From NCBI GenBank assembly GCA_963727625.1, contig CAVSHR010000004.1:1504001-1568000 (forward strand): DNA of 64,000 nucleotides, written 5' to 3'. The position numbers and the translations under genes were made by a program. Under the pieces are notes generated by a model, which saw only the letters and a program-made list of their open reading frames with translations, ran no database searches and had not been told where the DNA came from. Source of the DNA: an uncultured delta proteobacterium (GTDB lineage: Bacteria > Desulfobacterota > Binatia > UBA9968). How positions within the stretch are numbered: the stretch's first letter is position 1; every line of letters begins with the position of its first letter. Shown here one piece after another: positions 1 to 10,015 of the stretch.

Positions 1-714
1 ACCCCACGGCGGTCCCGACTGAGTCCCGCACTAAGCGTGTGGCTTGAAGCAACCCTGACCGCGGCAACCATCGAAGCCGGTAAATTACTATTCATCGGTC
101 CCGCCTTTCAGGCAGTGAATATATTCGCGAGCTCCGTCGGCGCGCTATGTGGCGTCATGCTCATCCCCGCCCTTTCATCTAAGAAGGCCCTTCGCTCGCG
201 GCGGCAAGCCGCCCTCCTGGCTGTCTTGTTGGCGCTGCTGTGCTATTTCGAGCTGCGGCCCTTTGACTGGATTTACTTTTTCGAGCTGCCGGCAAAAATC
301 AAGCAGATCGAATGGCTGCCTTTTTTTTCATACTACGGTTCCACACCGCAGGCGGCGTTTTTCGATTTGGCAAAAAAATTGATTTTGACCCTGCCTCTCG
401 GTTATCTGATCGTTGCCGCAAGCCCAAACCGCGCAGAGCGGCGGCGTGCGCGCTACGCCGGCATATTAGGCGCGTTGGTCGGCATGTTTTTGGAAACTTG
501 CCAGCTTCTGACTCGCTCCCGTGTCACCTCGATTACCGATGTTCTAATCTTCACGTTCGGCTCCTGGGTCGGCGCCCTGGCGTTCAACTGGTTCCACGCA
601 TCCACCGCGACAACCTCGGACCTCGGCAACCCCAGAGCCGCCCCCATCGAATCGCCATTAACTCAAGGCGATCAACGACCGACGTCAGCGGCCGGGACTA
701 AATCGCGACCATGA
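1..714 (+). CDS. VanZ-family multi-pass membrane protein (5' truncated by window edge)
   Basis: Frame is open from base 1. Hydrophobic helices; W-L-P-F, 'LPLG' and 'LETCQLLTRSRVTSITDV' match the VanZ E-x-x-Q-x-x-x-x-x-R-x-x-x-x-x-D motif. Confidence 0.7.
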   Translation, partial: TPRRSRLSPALSVWLEATLTAATIEAGKLLFIGPAFQAVNIFASSVGALCGVMLIPALSSKKALRSRRQAALLAVLLALLCYFELRPFDWIYFFELPAKIKQIEWLPFFSYYGSTPQAAFFDLAKKLILTLPLGYLIVAASPNRAERRRARYAGILGALVGMFLETCQLLTRSRVTSITDVLIFTFGSWVGALAFNWFHASTATTSDLGNPRAAPIESPLTQGDQRPTSAAGTKSRP

Positions 715-793
715 GGTTAGCAAATGACATGCGATCTGCTTCCGGCACCCCTTGCTAACGGTGGAAATCGTTCCGCGCGCTAAGGCGGCTCCT

Positions 794-1045
794 ATGCTCG
801 GACTTATCTGGACCGTAATCATCGGTTTTTTCGTCGGCGTCATCGCCAAGCTGATCATGCCGGGCAAGGAGAACCTGGGCTTTATCGCGACCACGGCGCT
901 CGGCATCATCGGTTCCTTAGCGGCGACTTATATTGGGCAAGTCGTTGGCTGGTACGAGGCCGGCCAGGGCGCCGGTTTTATCGGCTCGGTGGTCGGAGCG
1001 TTCGTGGTTTTGTGGGCGTATCTCACAATCAAATCGAGAGCCTAG
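794..1045 (+). CDS. GlsB/YeaQ/YmgE family (transglycosylase-associated) small membrane protein
   Basis: ATG at 794; 'IIGFFVGVIAKLIMPG...LGIIGS...GFIGSVVGA' family pattern. Confidence 0.85.
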   Translation: MLGLIWTVIIGFFVGVIAKLIMPGKENLGFIATTALGIIGSLAATYIGQVVGWYEAGQGAGFIGSVVGAFVVLWAYLTIKSRA

Positions 1046-1382
1046 TATCCGGGCCGCCGGCGATCCGCCACGACTTCTTCCGCCTGCTGCAGGAGAACAT
1101 GAAACTCGTGATCCTCAAGATAGCCGACGTCGAGGGCGGCGTATAACTGGAAACGAAGGTCAGCATAAGAAGCTATGTGGTAGAGAGAATTCGGTGAAGC
1201 TCACCCCTCCCTCCGCGTTCAAATCCTTCGGCCATATTGGACATGATCGACACGGCCGCTCGCTGAATCTTTCCGGACAATCCAAAGTGGCGTGCAAAAG
1301 ATCTCCGTCGGGTTGCTTTATAGATTTCATGAGAGAATTTCCGAGCCTTTTGCAGTGCGGTCAATTTTTCGAGTCGTTCCAT
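1043..1382 (-). pseudogene. Four-helix-bundle protein (23S rRNA IVS-protein family), frameshifted
   Basis: 'QKAR..IYKAT..F..FGL..IQRAAVSIMSNMAEGFERG' stops at 1173. Similarity continues in another frame ('ASYADLRFQLYAALDVGYL...QQAEEV'). Confidence 0.8.
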
Positions 1383-1413
1383 TCGCGCCGCCCCACTTTC
1401 TTCTTACCGATGA

Positions 1414-1441
1414 CTCAGCCCTCAGCCCTCAGTGCCTAGCC
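1414..1441. repeat. 7-bp tandem repeat CTCAGCC x~4 (degenerate)
   Basis: CTCAGCC CTCAGCC CTCAGTG CCTAGCC read directly. Confidence 0.7.
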
Positions 1442-4316
1442 CTTCCCACATCAGCTCCGCCGGGTGTTTCGCTTTTCTGCCGGCCAGGTGATCGATTTGC
1501 TGGCGGCAAGAAATGCCGGGGGCGGCGATTTCGATATCGGCAGCCGCCGCTTTGACGGCGGGAGCGAGACGGCGGTTGCCGATCTTGGTCGAGAGATCGT
1601 AGTGTTCTTTTTCAAAGCCAAAGGAGCCGGCCATGCCGCAACACCCTGAATTGATCTCGCTGACATCGTAACCGGCGGCCTTGAGCATGGCGATGGTCGG
1701 CGCGGTTCCCACCAGAGCTTTTTGATGGCAGTGGCCGTGCAATAGGACCTTCTTGCCCTTGCCCTGCGAATTGAGCGACAATCTTCCGGCCTTCTGTTCG
1801 CGCATGACAAACTCTTCGAGCAGAAAACTGTTTGCGGCGACCTTCTTCGCCGCCGGGTCGCGGATAAATTCCGGATATTCGTCGCGCAACGTCAGCAAAC
1901 AGGAAGGCTCCAGTCCGACAATCGCCGTGCCTTTCTCGGCGAACGGCGCGAGTTTGTCGACGTTCCAAGCAGCATTTTCCTTGGCCTGGCCAAGCATGCC
2001 TTTGGAGATCATCGGCCGGCCGCAGCATTTCTTGTCAACGAGCAAGACCCGATAGCCCGATCGTTCGAGAAAGCGCGTGGCGGCGACGGCGACGTTGGGC
2101 GTGTTGTAGTTGTTGAAGGTGTCGTGAAACAAAACGACCTCGCCCTTCGCACCGTCGCCTTCCGCCTCGTGCTTGCGAAACCAGTCTTCGAAAGTTTCGC
2201 CGGCGAATTGCGGCAAGGGGCGCCTGCGGTCGATGCCGGCAAACAGCTCCATCAGCCAGCGGTTGAGCGATGAATTCGCGATCCAGTTCGACACCGGCGC
2301 CAAGCTTGCACCGATACGATTCAAGGTTTCGATCCCGCCGAACATCCGGTTGCGCAGCGGCAAGCCATGGGCGCGATGGTAATGATCGAGAAACTCATAC
2401 TTGAGCTTCGCCATGTCGACGTTCGACGGGCACTCCGCCTTGCACGCTTTGCATTCGAGACAGAGATCCATCACCTCGTAGAGCCGCTTGCCGGTGAATT
2501 CTTCCTGGGGCATCCTGCCGGCGATCGCGTTCCTGAGCGCATTGGCGCGGCCGCGGGTTGAGTGCTCTTCGTCGAGGGTGCCCATGTAGGACGGGCACAT
2601 GGTGCCGTCAAGTTTCTTCCGGCACTCGCCCATGCCGCTGCACATCTCCACCGCCCGCGCAAAACCGCCTTGGGCACCGAAGTCCAAAGTCGTTCGCGGC
2701 TCCCAGGGTTGGTAGCGCGGGCTGATCTTTAGCGACTCGGTCATCGCCGGCGCGTCGACGATTTTGCCGGGGTTCATGAGATTCTTGGGATCGAAGGCCC
2801 GCTTGATCTGGCGGAAGGCATCGTAAAGCGCGGGACCGAAAAGTTTCAAATTGAAGTGGCTGCGCGCCAAGCCGTCGCCATGCTCGCCGGACATGGCGCC
2901 GTTGAATTCGAGCACGAGATCGGAGATGGCGTTGGCGATGGAGACCATCTTGTGCATCTCGCTCTCTTCCTTGAGATTGATCAACGGGCGGATGTGCATG
3001 CAGCCCACCGAGCAGTGGCCATAGTAGCCCGCGATGGTGTCGTGGCGCGCCACCACTTCGCGAAAGCGTTTGATGAACTCCGGCAACCTGGCCGGCGCCA
3101 CCGCCGTGTCTTCGACGAAGGCGATCGGCTTCTTGTCACCCTTCATGCCGAGCAGCAAACCGAGCCCGGCCTTGCGCACGCCCCAGATCGCTTTCACTTC
3201 CTCCGGCTTGAAGGCGAGCGTCGAGGCATAGCCGATGCGCTCGCGCTTGCGCACCTCTTCGAGTTTATAGACCTGATCTTTGATTTCGTCCTCGTTCTCG
3301 CCGGCGTACTCGACCATCAAGAGCGAATCGGGCGTGCCCTGAACGAAGCCAAGCTTGCGCGACTGCTCGATATTGCCGCGGGCCAGGTTCAAGACCATCT
3401 TGTCGGTGGATTCCATCGCGTAAGGGTGGGTCTGCAAGACGATCTGAGCGCACTCCAACGCTTCGTTATCGTCATTGAAGTGAATCACGTCCATGGCCGT
3501 CCACTTGGGCTTGGGAACCAAACGCATCTTCGCTTCCACGATGGTCGCCAGCGTGCCCTCCGAACCGACGAGCACGCGCGCGAGATTGAAGGGCTGGGGC
3601 TTGACGAATTCGTCCAGATTGTAGCCCGACACACGCCGCATGATTTTCGGATAGCGAGCGAGAATTTCGTTTTTGTGCTGCTGCGCCAGGCGAAACACCT
3701 CGCGGTAGGCGCGACCCTCGATCGTGTCGGCGCGGCTCTTGGTTTGCACATCCTCTGGCGAAAGATCTTTCAGCACCGCTTCGCTGCCATCGGCGAGCAG
3801 CACGGTCAATTCGATCACGTGATCGAGCGTCTTGCCGTAGGTGAGCGAATGAGCGCCGGAAGAATTATTGCCGATCATGCCGCCGACGGTGGCGCGGTTC
3901 GACGTCGACGTGTCCGGCCCGAATTGCAGTCCCATGCCGCGCACGTAGGCGTTCAGCTCGTCCTGGACCAACCCGGGCTGCACCCGGCACCAGAGCTCTT
4001 CTCTATTCACTTCCAAAACATTCTGCATGTACTTGGAAAAATCCAGCACGATGGAATGGCCGACGGCCTGGCCGGCGAGCGACGTGCCGCCGCCGCGCGG
4101 CAAGAGGGTCACGCCGAGCTTGTTGGCGAGCTCGACCGCCGCCTGCACGTCGCCTTTGTGGCGCGGCACGACCACGCCGATGGGCTCGATTTGATAGATC
4201 GAAGCGTCGGTGGAGTACAGCAGGCGCGAGTAACGGTCGAAGCGGATATCCCCTTCGATCCGCTTTTTAAGCTCCGCTTCGATCTCGAAATAGTCCCTGC
4301 CTGCCTTCGTGCTCAT
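1422..4316 (-). CDS. FAD-binding and Fe-S-binding oxidoreductase (YdiJ/GlcD-GlcF fusion type, 2-hydroxyacid dehydrogenase-like)
   Basis: RGGGTSLAGQ FAD motif, GEHGDG, CxxCxxC clusters, CCG domains (CCGRP, CCGMAGSFG). Confidence 0.9.
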   Translation of the reverse strand: MSTKAGRDYFEIEAELKKRIEGDIRFDRYSRLLYSTDASIYQIEPIGVVVPRHKGDVQAAVELANKLGVTLLPRGGGTSLAGQAVGHSIVLDFSKYMQNVLEVNREELWCRVQPGLVQDELNAYVRGMGLQFGPDTSTSNRATVGGMIGNNSSGAHSLTYGKTLDHVIELTVLLADGSEAVLKDLSPEDVQTKSRADTIEGRAYREVFRLAQQHKNEILARYPKIMRRVSGYNLDEFVKPQPFNLARVLVGSEGTLATIVEAKMRLVPKPKWTAMDVIHFNDDNEALECAQIVLQTHPYAMESTDKMVLNLARGNIEQSRKLGFVQGTPDSLLMVEYAGENEDEIKDQVYKLEEVRKRERIGYASTLAFKPEEVKAIWGVRKAGLGLLLGMKGDKKPIAFVEDTAVAPARLPEFIKRFREVVARHDTIAGYYGHCSVGCMHIRPLINLKEESEMHKMVSIANAISDLVLEFNGAMSGEHGDGLARSHFNLKLFGPALYDAFRQIKRAFDPKNLMNPGKIVDAPAMTESLKISPRYQPWEPRTTLDFGAQGGFARAVEMCSGMGECRKKLDGTMCPSYMGTLDEEHSTRGRANALRNAIAGRMPQEEFTGKRLYEVMDLCLECKACKAECPSNVDMAKLKYEFLDHYHRAHGLPLRNRMFGGIETLNRIGASLAPVSNWIANSSLNRWLMELFAGIDRRRPLPQFAGETFEDWFRKHEAEGDGAKGEVVLFHDTFNNYNTPNVAVAATRFLERSGYRVLLVDKKCCGRPMISKGMLGQAKENAAWNVDKLAPFAEKGTAIVGLEPSCLLTLRDEYPEFIRDPAAKKVAANSFLLEEFVMREQKAGRLSLNSQGKGKKVLLHGHCHQKALVGTAPTIAMLKAAGYDVSEINSGCCGMAGSFGFEKEHYDLSTKIGNRRLAPAVKAAAADIEIAAPGISCRQQIDHLAGRKAKHPAELMWEGLGTEG

Positions 4317-4337
4317 CCTTGACCTCGCGTTTCACCC

Positions 4338-4366
4338 TTGAACATTTGAACCTTGAACCCTTGAAC
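4338..4366. repeat. TTGAAC(N1-2) x4 intergenic tandem repeat
   Basis: TTGAACAT TTGAACC TTGAACCC TTGAAC read directly. Confidence 0.7.
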
Positions 4367-4373
4367 AAATTTT

Positions 4374-5252
4374 TTAACCCCACCGTAACACCAAAACGCC
4401 GACGACGACCAGCGCCGCGGCGGCACCGTCCTGAAAGGTGACCTCTTCGATCCCTTGAAGCGTGGTCTTCGCCAGCAAGAAACTGACGATGGGTTGGGCG
4501 CTCCAGATCGGCGCAACCACCGAGGCCGGCGCATGCACCAACGCTTTCAAAGTAAAGATCGAGCCGATCGCATAAAGAAAACCGGCGGCGACAAAACAGA
4601 GCAGGCTTTGGGCGGGAATCCGCTGCCACTTCCGTTCGATCTTGAGCAAATTGCCGAGGGTCATCAGCAGCGCCAACCCGGTGGCGTGCATGACCAGCGC
4701 GCCGAGCACCGGCGGTCCGCCGTGATCAGTGCCGAATTTTTTCAGCACCGGAACCACGCCGTAGCAGAGCGTCGCGAGGACGGCCGCCGGGGTGAGCCGC
4801 CGCGGCGCGGGATTGCCGCCCGGCGTCCTATCGGATCGAGTCACAAAGAAGACGCCGGAGATGATCAACAGGACGCCGATCACGACGGAAAAACTCAGCC
4901 GCTCGCCGAGCACCGCGGCCGCCAGAAACACGGTGATCAGCGGCGAAGAGTTATTGAGCGACTGCGCCCGGGATGCGCCGATCTGATCGACGCTTTTAAC
5001 GAACAGGGTGCGGCCGAGAAAAGCGCCGACGACGCCGGTGCCGGCAAAAACAAGCACGGCCGGCAGCGGAATTTTGCCGGCGAAAAGATCACCTTCGAGC
5101 AGCGCGGAGGCGAATAACGTCAGAAGAATCGCCGCCTGCTGGTGAAGCGTCGCCGCGCTCACGTCGGCGCCCGCCAGCCCGCGTTTGACCAGCACCGGAC
5201 TGGTACCCCAAAAAACTCCGGCGCCAAGCGCGTAGAGGATTCCCGTTTCCAT
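4374..5252 (-). CDS. EamA/DMT family transporter
   Basis: Start re-called at ATG 5252 (METGILYALGAGVFWG). Two EamA repeats, 'VLGERL', about 10 TM helices. Confidence 0.85.
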   Translation of the reverse strand: METGILYALGAGVFWGTSPVLVKRGLAGADVSAATLHQQAAILLTLFASALLEGDLFAGKIPLPAVLVFAGTGVVGAFLGRTLFVKSVDQIGASRAQSLNNSSPLITVFLAAAVLGERLSFSVVIGVLLIISGVFFVTRSDRTPGGNPAPRRLTPAAVLATLCYGVVPVLKKFGTDHGGPPVLGALVMHATGLALLMTLGNLLKIERKWQRIPAQSLLCFVAAGFLYAIGSIFTLKALVHAPASVVAPIWSAQPIVSFLLAKTTLQGIEEVTFQDGAAAALVVVGVLVLRWG

Positions 5253-5266
5253 GGAATCGAGTGACG

Positions 5267-5950
5267 CTAGCGGCTCAGCGCGGCACGGGCTTGGTCGAAG
5301 ATACTTTGGAACATCGATCGGGTCAGTTTGCCGGTAAATGTGTTTTGTTGGCTCGGATGATAAGAGCAAAGTAAGAGCTGCCCGTTGTCTAGATTCACGG
5401 CAACGCCATGGCCGAACTTGGGGCGCGGCTTGGGCAAAACGCCGCCGCTGTCTCGGTACGCGGCGAGAAACGAATCGAAGGCGATCTTGCCGAGCGCGAT
5501 GACCACTTGCATATCGCCGAATAATTTCAGTTCTTCGACCAAGTATGGGCGGCAACGGACGAACTCGATGCGACTGGGTTTGTTGCCCGGCGGCGCGCAA
5601 TGCACCGCCGCCGTGATGTAGCAGTCGCGCAGAGTGAGACCGTCGGAGCGATGATCCGAGTTGGCCTGATTGGCAAAACCGGCGGCGTGAAGCGCGCCAT
5701 AGAGCCAATCGCCGCTACGGTCGCCGGTAAACATGCGCCCCGCGCGGTTACCACCGTGAGCGGCGGGCGCCAGTCCGACAATTAGAAGTCGCGCTTCTCG
5801 ATCACCGAATCCGGGCAGCGGCTTTGCCCAGTACTTTTGGCCCTGATAACGGCGCGGCGGATTTTGCGCTGATGCCTCCCGCCAGCGCACCAGCCGAGGA
5901 CATCGCCGGCAGTTAATAATCCTGCGATTCAATTCGTCGAGCGCTCTCAT
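5267..5950 (-). CDS. Uracil-DNA glycosylase, family 5 (UdgB-like)
   Basis: CRRCPRL Fe-S motif, GLAPAAHGGNR.GRMFTGD, HCAPP.NKP, HPSQQN. Confidence 0.9.
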   Translation of the reverse strand: MRALDELNRRIINCRRCPRLVRWREASAQNPPRRYQGQKYWAKPLPGFGDREARLLIVGLAPAAHGGNRAGRMFTGDRSGDWLYGALHAAGFANQANSDHRSDGLTLRDCYITAAVHCAPPGNKPSRIEFVRCRPYLVEELKLFGDMQVVIALGKIAFDSFLAAYRDSGGVLPKPRPKFGHGVAVNLDNGQLLLCSYHPSQQNTFTGKLTRSMFQSIFDQARAALSR

Positions 5951-6166
5951 GCAGTTGTTGTGTTAGCACAGGGCACGCTGCAAAAGAAAACAAAGCGGTT
6001 CCCTTCCGCCCAATGAGGCGGAGCGCCGCGCGGGCCGCGCAGAGTTGATCGAGAGCGGGGATAACCCAAGGCTCAGGCTGATCAAACGCGGCACGGCAAG
6101 ACCCGTGTAAGCAGTTTCTATTTCTGCTATAAAATCACATGACTTAACTCTTGGAGGGAGATTCCA

Positions 6167-6497
6167 ATGATTGAACGACCACAGCCGTACGTCAGGCAAT
6201 CTGACGTCTGCATCAATCACCGTAATTGGGAAAGCCCGTCCTGCGATTACAGCGGCTCCGAAGAAGTCGTCCATGAGCTGAGAAAAGTCGCCAAAGAACG
6301 AAACCTTAACGGGAAGGTTCGCGGCGCGCGCAGTGGCTGTCTGGACGTTTGCGAGTTTGGACCGAATATGATGGTTTGGCACGAGGGGCTGTGGTCCATG
6401 AAGGTCACCAAGGGCGATGTTCCTCCGATCGTCGACAATTATCTGAAGTTGGAAGCATTCGATCAAAAAAAAAGAAGCCGGCGCAGTGGCGAAGTAA
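6167..6497 (+). CDS. Thioredoxin-like [2Fe-2S] ferredoxin
   Basis: C-x10-C...SGCLDVC..GP pattern. The ORF track runs to 6631, but removing one A from the A9 run at 6465-6473 gives '...DQKKEAGAVAK*' ending at 6497. Confidence 0.75.
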
Positions 6498-6699
6498 ATC
6501 GCATCCCGCATTGTCCGTCGTCTTCCGTTCACCCGCTCGGCGACAAGAATCGCGGTATTTCCACTCACGGAGAAACCGCGATTCCATATCGTCAGGGTGC
6601 TTTAAACACGCGAAATCTCGGCGTTCCTTGACACGGAACTCCCATCCATATTAGAAAAAAGGTTAACATTAAACTTTAGGAACTAGAGGATTAATCATC

Positions 6700-7464
6700 G
6701 TGGCAGACAAAACACTAACGCTGGGTCAGTTTCGCACGCTGCGAAAAGATAATTGGTGGGTGCAGCCGTTGCTCGTCGTTGTCGGTCTCGGCGCATTCGG
6801 CATTTACGCGACGTGGGCTGCATTTCAGAACGCCCACTATTACGTCGAGCCCTATCTTTCGCCGTTTTATTCGCCGTGCATTTCGGCCAACTGTACCCGT
6901 CTCAGCGTGCCGTTGATCGGCTCGTGGTGGAATCTCTCGCCGGCTATTTTGATTTTATGGATACCCGGCGGCTTTCGCGCCACCTGTTATTATTACCGCA
7001 AAGCCTACTACCGCTCTTTTTTTCTATCGCCGCCAGCGTGCGCCGTGCGCGACGCCGCAAAATCTTATAGCGGCGAGACGCGCTTCCCGTATTTGTTTCA
7101 GAACCTGCATCGCTATTTTTTCTATCTTTCACTGGTCGTTTTGGCCTTCCTGTGGTGGGATGCGGTCGACGCCTTTCGGTTTCCCGACGGCTTCGGGATG
7201 GGCGTGGGCACGATTGTGCTGTTTCTCAATGCCGCGCTTCTTTCGCTGTTCAGCTTCTCGTGTAATTCCTGTCGCCACATTTGCGGCGGTCACTTGAATT
7301 CATTCCACAACGCGCCCGCCAAATACAAATTCTGGAGCTGGGTTAGCAAGATCAATGAAAAGCACATGGAACTTGCCTGGGTCAGCTTGATCTGGGTCGG
7401 CCTGACCGATCTTTACGTCCGGCTGCTCTCGATGGGCGTGATTTCCGATTTGAGGTTTTTCTAA
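6700..7464 (+). CDS. Succinate dehydrogenase membrane anchor, actinobacterial Sdh1 (Rv0249c-like) type
   Basis: SPFYSPC, FRATCYYYRKAYYR, QNLHRYF and SCxSCRH motifs; directly upstream of and coupled to the flavoprotein. Confidence 0.8.
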   Translation: MADKTLTLGQFRTLRKDNWWVQPLLVVVGLGAFGIYATWAAFQNAHYYVEPYLSPFYSPCISANCTRLSVPLIGSWWNLSPAILILWIPGGFRATCYYYRKAYYRSFFLSPPACAVRDAAKSYSGETRFPYLFQNLHRYFFYLSLVVLAFLWWDAVDAFRFPDGFGMGVGTIVLFLNAALLSLFSFSCNSCRHICGGHLNSFHNAPAKYKFWSWVSKINEKHMELAWVSLIWVGLTDLYVRLLSMGVISDLRFF

Positions 7465-9263
7465 TGGCTGAAGCAAAGTACGAAACTCACGAATACGACG
7501 TCGTCGTCATCGGCGCCGGCGGCGCCGGTCTGCGCGCCGCAGTGGAAGCGTCCGCGCAAGGCGTTAAGACCGCGCTCGTCTGCAAGTCACTGCTCGGCAA
7601 GGCGCACACGGTCATGGCCGAGGGCGGTATCGCGGCGGCGATGGGCAACGTTTATCCCGAGGATAACTGGAAAGTTCACTTTCGCGACACCATGCGCGGC
7701 GGCAAGCTGCTCAACAACTGGCGTATGGCGCAGCTCCATGCTCAAGAAGCGCCTGATCGGGTGTTGGAGCTTGAAGAATGGGGCGCGCTCTTCGACCGAA
7801 CCAAGGAAGGCTTGATCCTCCAGCGCGATTTCGGCGGCCACCGTTATGCCCGCTTGGCTCACGTCGGCGATCGCACCGGGTTGGAGATGATCCGCACGCT
7901 GCAGCAACACGCCGTGCACAAAGGCATTGACGTGTACATGGAGTGCAACCTCCAGCGGCTTCTGACCGACGGCGGCAGGATCGCCGGCGCCTTCGGCTAC
8001 TGGCGCGAGAGCGGCAAGTTCATCATGTTCAAATGCAAAGCCGTCGTGCTCGCCACCGGTGGCGGCGGCAAGGCCTGGAAGGTTACGTCGAACTCCTGGG
8101 AATATACCGGCGACGGTGTGACCATGGCAGCCGACGTGGGTGCCGATCTGATGGACATGGAATTTATGCAATTCCACCCTACGGGAATGGTCTGGCCGCC
8201 CAGCGTGCGCGGGATTCTCGTCACCGAGGGCGTGCGCGGCGACGGCGGGACCTTGAAAAACACCGAAGGCAAGCGCTTCATGTTCAACTACATCCCGGAG
8301 TTCTTCAAAGCCGAGACCGCCGAGACCGAGCAAGAGGCCGACGCCTGGTACGAAGACAAAAAAAACCGGCGCACCCCGGACCTGCTGCCGCGCGACGAAG
8401 TCGCCCGGGCGATCAACTCTGAAGTGAAAGCCGGCCGCGGCACGGCGCATGGCGGGGTTTTCCTCGACATCGCATCGCGCCGGCCGGCAGACTATATCCA
8501 GAAGCGGCTCCCCTCCATGTATCACCAGTTCAAAGAGCTGGCCGACGTCGACATCACAAAGGAGCCGATGGAAGTCGGCCCCACCTGCCACTATTCCATG
8601 GGCGGGGTTCGGGTGGATGCGGATTCCACAGCGACCACGGTTCCGGGGTTATTCGCCGCCGGCGAAGTCGCCGCCGGTCTGCACGGCGCCAACCGGCTCG
8701 GCGGCAACTCACTCTCCGACCTTTTGGTCTTCGGCCGGCGCGCCGGTCTCTATGCCGCAGAATACGTGAAGTCCTTTAGCGGCTCGGTAAGCGTTGATAA
8801 CGATCAGGTGGAAGCCCATGCGCGCACCATGCTGGCGCCCTTCGAGAGCAAAGGCAACGAAAATCCTTACACTATCCATGCCGACCTGCAGCAGAGCATG
8901 CAGAATCTGGTCGGCATCATTCGCGCCGAATCCGAGTTGAAGCAAGCGCTCGATATTCTCCAGACCCTGAAGCAAAGAACCCTAAATGTAAAAGTCGAAG
9001 GCAATCGGCACTACAATCCGGGATGGCATCTTGCCCTGGATCTACATTCGCTTTTGACCTTCGCCGAAGCCGCGACACTCGCCGCCATCGAGAGAAAAGA
9101 AAGCCGCGGCGGCCATACCCGCGACGACTATCCCAGCACCGATGCCAAGTTTGCCAAGGTCAACGTGATCGTTCGCATCAAGGACGACAAGTTCACGCTC
9201 ACCCAGGAGCCTCTACCCGAAATGCCAGATGAGCTCAAAGCACTGCTCGAGGAGAAAAAGTAA
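7464..9263 (+). CDS. sdhA: Succinate dehydrogenase/fumarate reductase flavoprotein subunit
   Basis: GAGGAG, KAHTVMAEGG (covalent-FAD His), QFHPTG, HGANRLGGNSL, ESRGGH. Confidence 0.93.
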   Translation: MAEAKYETHEYDVVVIGAGGAGLRAAVEASAQGVKTALVCKSLLGKAHTVMAEGGIAAAMGNVYPEDNWKVHFRDTMRGGKLLNNWRMAQLHAQEAPDRVLELEEWGALFDRTKEGLILQRDFGGHRYARLAHVGDRTGLEMIRTLQQHAVHKGIDVYMECNLQRLLTDGGRIAGAFGYWRESGKFIMFKCKAVVLATGGGGKAWKVTSNSWEYTGDGVTMAADVGADLMDMEFMQFHPTGMVWPPSVRGILVTEGVRGDGGTLKNTEGKRFMFNYIPEFFKAETAETEQEADAWYEDKKNRRTPDLLPRDEVARAINSEVKAGRGTAHGGVFLDIASRRPADYIQKRLPSMYHQFKELADVDITKEPMEVGPTCHYSMGGVRVDADSTATTVPGLFAAGEVAAGLHGANRLGGNSLSDLLVFGRRAGLYAAEYVKSFSGSVSVDNDQVEAHARTMLAPFESKGNENPYTIHADLQQSMQNLVGIIRAESELKQALDILQTLKQRTLNVKVEGNRHYNPGWHLALDLHSLLTFAEAATLAAIERKESRGGHTRDDYPSTDAKFAKVNVIVRIKDDKFTLTQEPLPEMPDELKALLEEKK

Positions 9264-10015
9264 TGGCCGATCAACAAGTCCATATGCGGGTGTGGCGCGG
9301 CGATGCGCAGGGCGGCGAATTTAAAGACTATCGCCTTGCTGTCGGGGAGGGCCAAGTCGTGCTCGACGTCATCCACGCGATCCAGGCGCAACAGGCGAAC
9401 GACCTGGCCGTGCGTTGGAATTGCAAGGCCGGCAAGTGCGGCTCATGCAGCGCCGAGGTCAACGGCAAACCGCGCCTCATGTGCATGACCCGAATGAATC
9501 TGTTTCAACCCGGAGAGACCATCACGGTGGCGCCAATGCGGACCTTTCCGATCATTCGCGACCTGGTGACCGACGTTTCTTTCAATTTCAGAAAGGCGCG
9601 GGAGATTCCTGCTTTCAAACCCAAGCCCAAGGAAGCCGATGGCACGCGCCGGATGTTTCAGGAAGACATCGACCGCGTGCAAGAGTTTCACAAATGCATC
9701 GAGTGCTTCCTATGCCAGAATGTCTGCCACGTCATTCGCGACCACGAGGAAAACAAACCGGCCTTCGCCGGCCCGCGCTTTTTCGTCCGCTTGGCGTCTT
9801 TGGAGATGCACCCGCTCGACTCTAACGATCGGATGGAGCTGATTAAGCAGAAGGCCGGTCTTGGTTTCTGCAATATCACCAAATGTTGCACCGAAGTTTG
9901 TCCGGAGCAGATTCATATCACCGATAATGCGATTATTCCCTTGAAGGAACGGGTCGTCGACCGATACTACGATCCGATCGCCAAATTCTTGGGCCTTTTC
10001 TCTCAGAGAAAGTAG
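9263..10015 (+). CDS. sdhB: Succinate dehydrogenase/fumarate reductase iron-sulfur subunit
   Basis: CKAGKCGSC, CIECFLCQNVC, CNITKCCTEVCP. Confidence 0.92.
   Translation: MADQQVHMRVWRGDAQGGEFKDYRLAVGEGQVVLDVIHAIQAQQANDLAVRWNCKAGKCGSCSAEVNGKPRLMCMTRMNLFQPGETITVAPMRTFPIIRDLVTDVSFNFRKAREIPAFKPKPKEADGTRRMFQEDIDRVQEFHKCIECFLCQNVCHVIRDHEENKPAFAGPRFFVRLASLEMHPLDSNDRMELIKQKAGLGFCNITKCCTEVCPEQIHITDNAIIPLKERVVDRYYDPIAKFLGLFSQRK

Noticed and set aside
2856-4322. 488-aa + strand ORF, and similar long antisense ORFs at 7587-8591, 18582-19388, 21056-21799 and 61738-62442
   Set aside because: Shadow ORFs opposite well-supported GC-rich genes; no motifs.
5253-5708. N-terminal extension of the EamA ORF
   Set aside because: Overlaps the UDG gene in another frame; the real start is ATG 5252.
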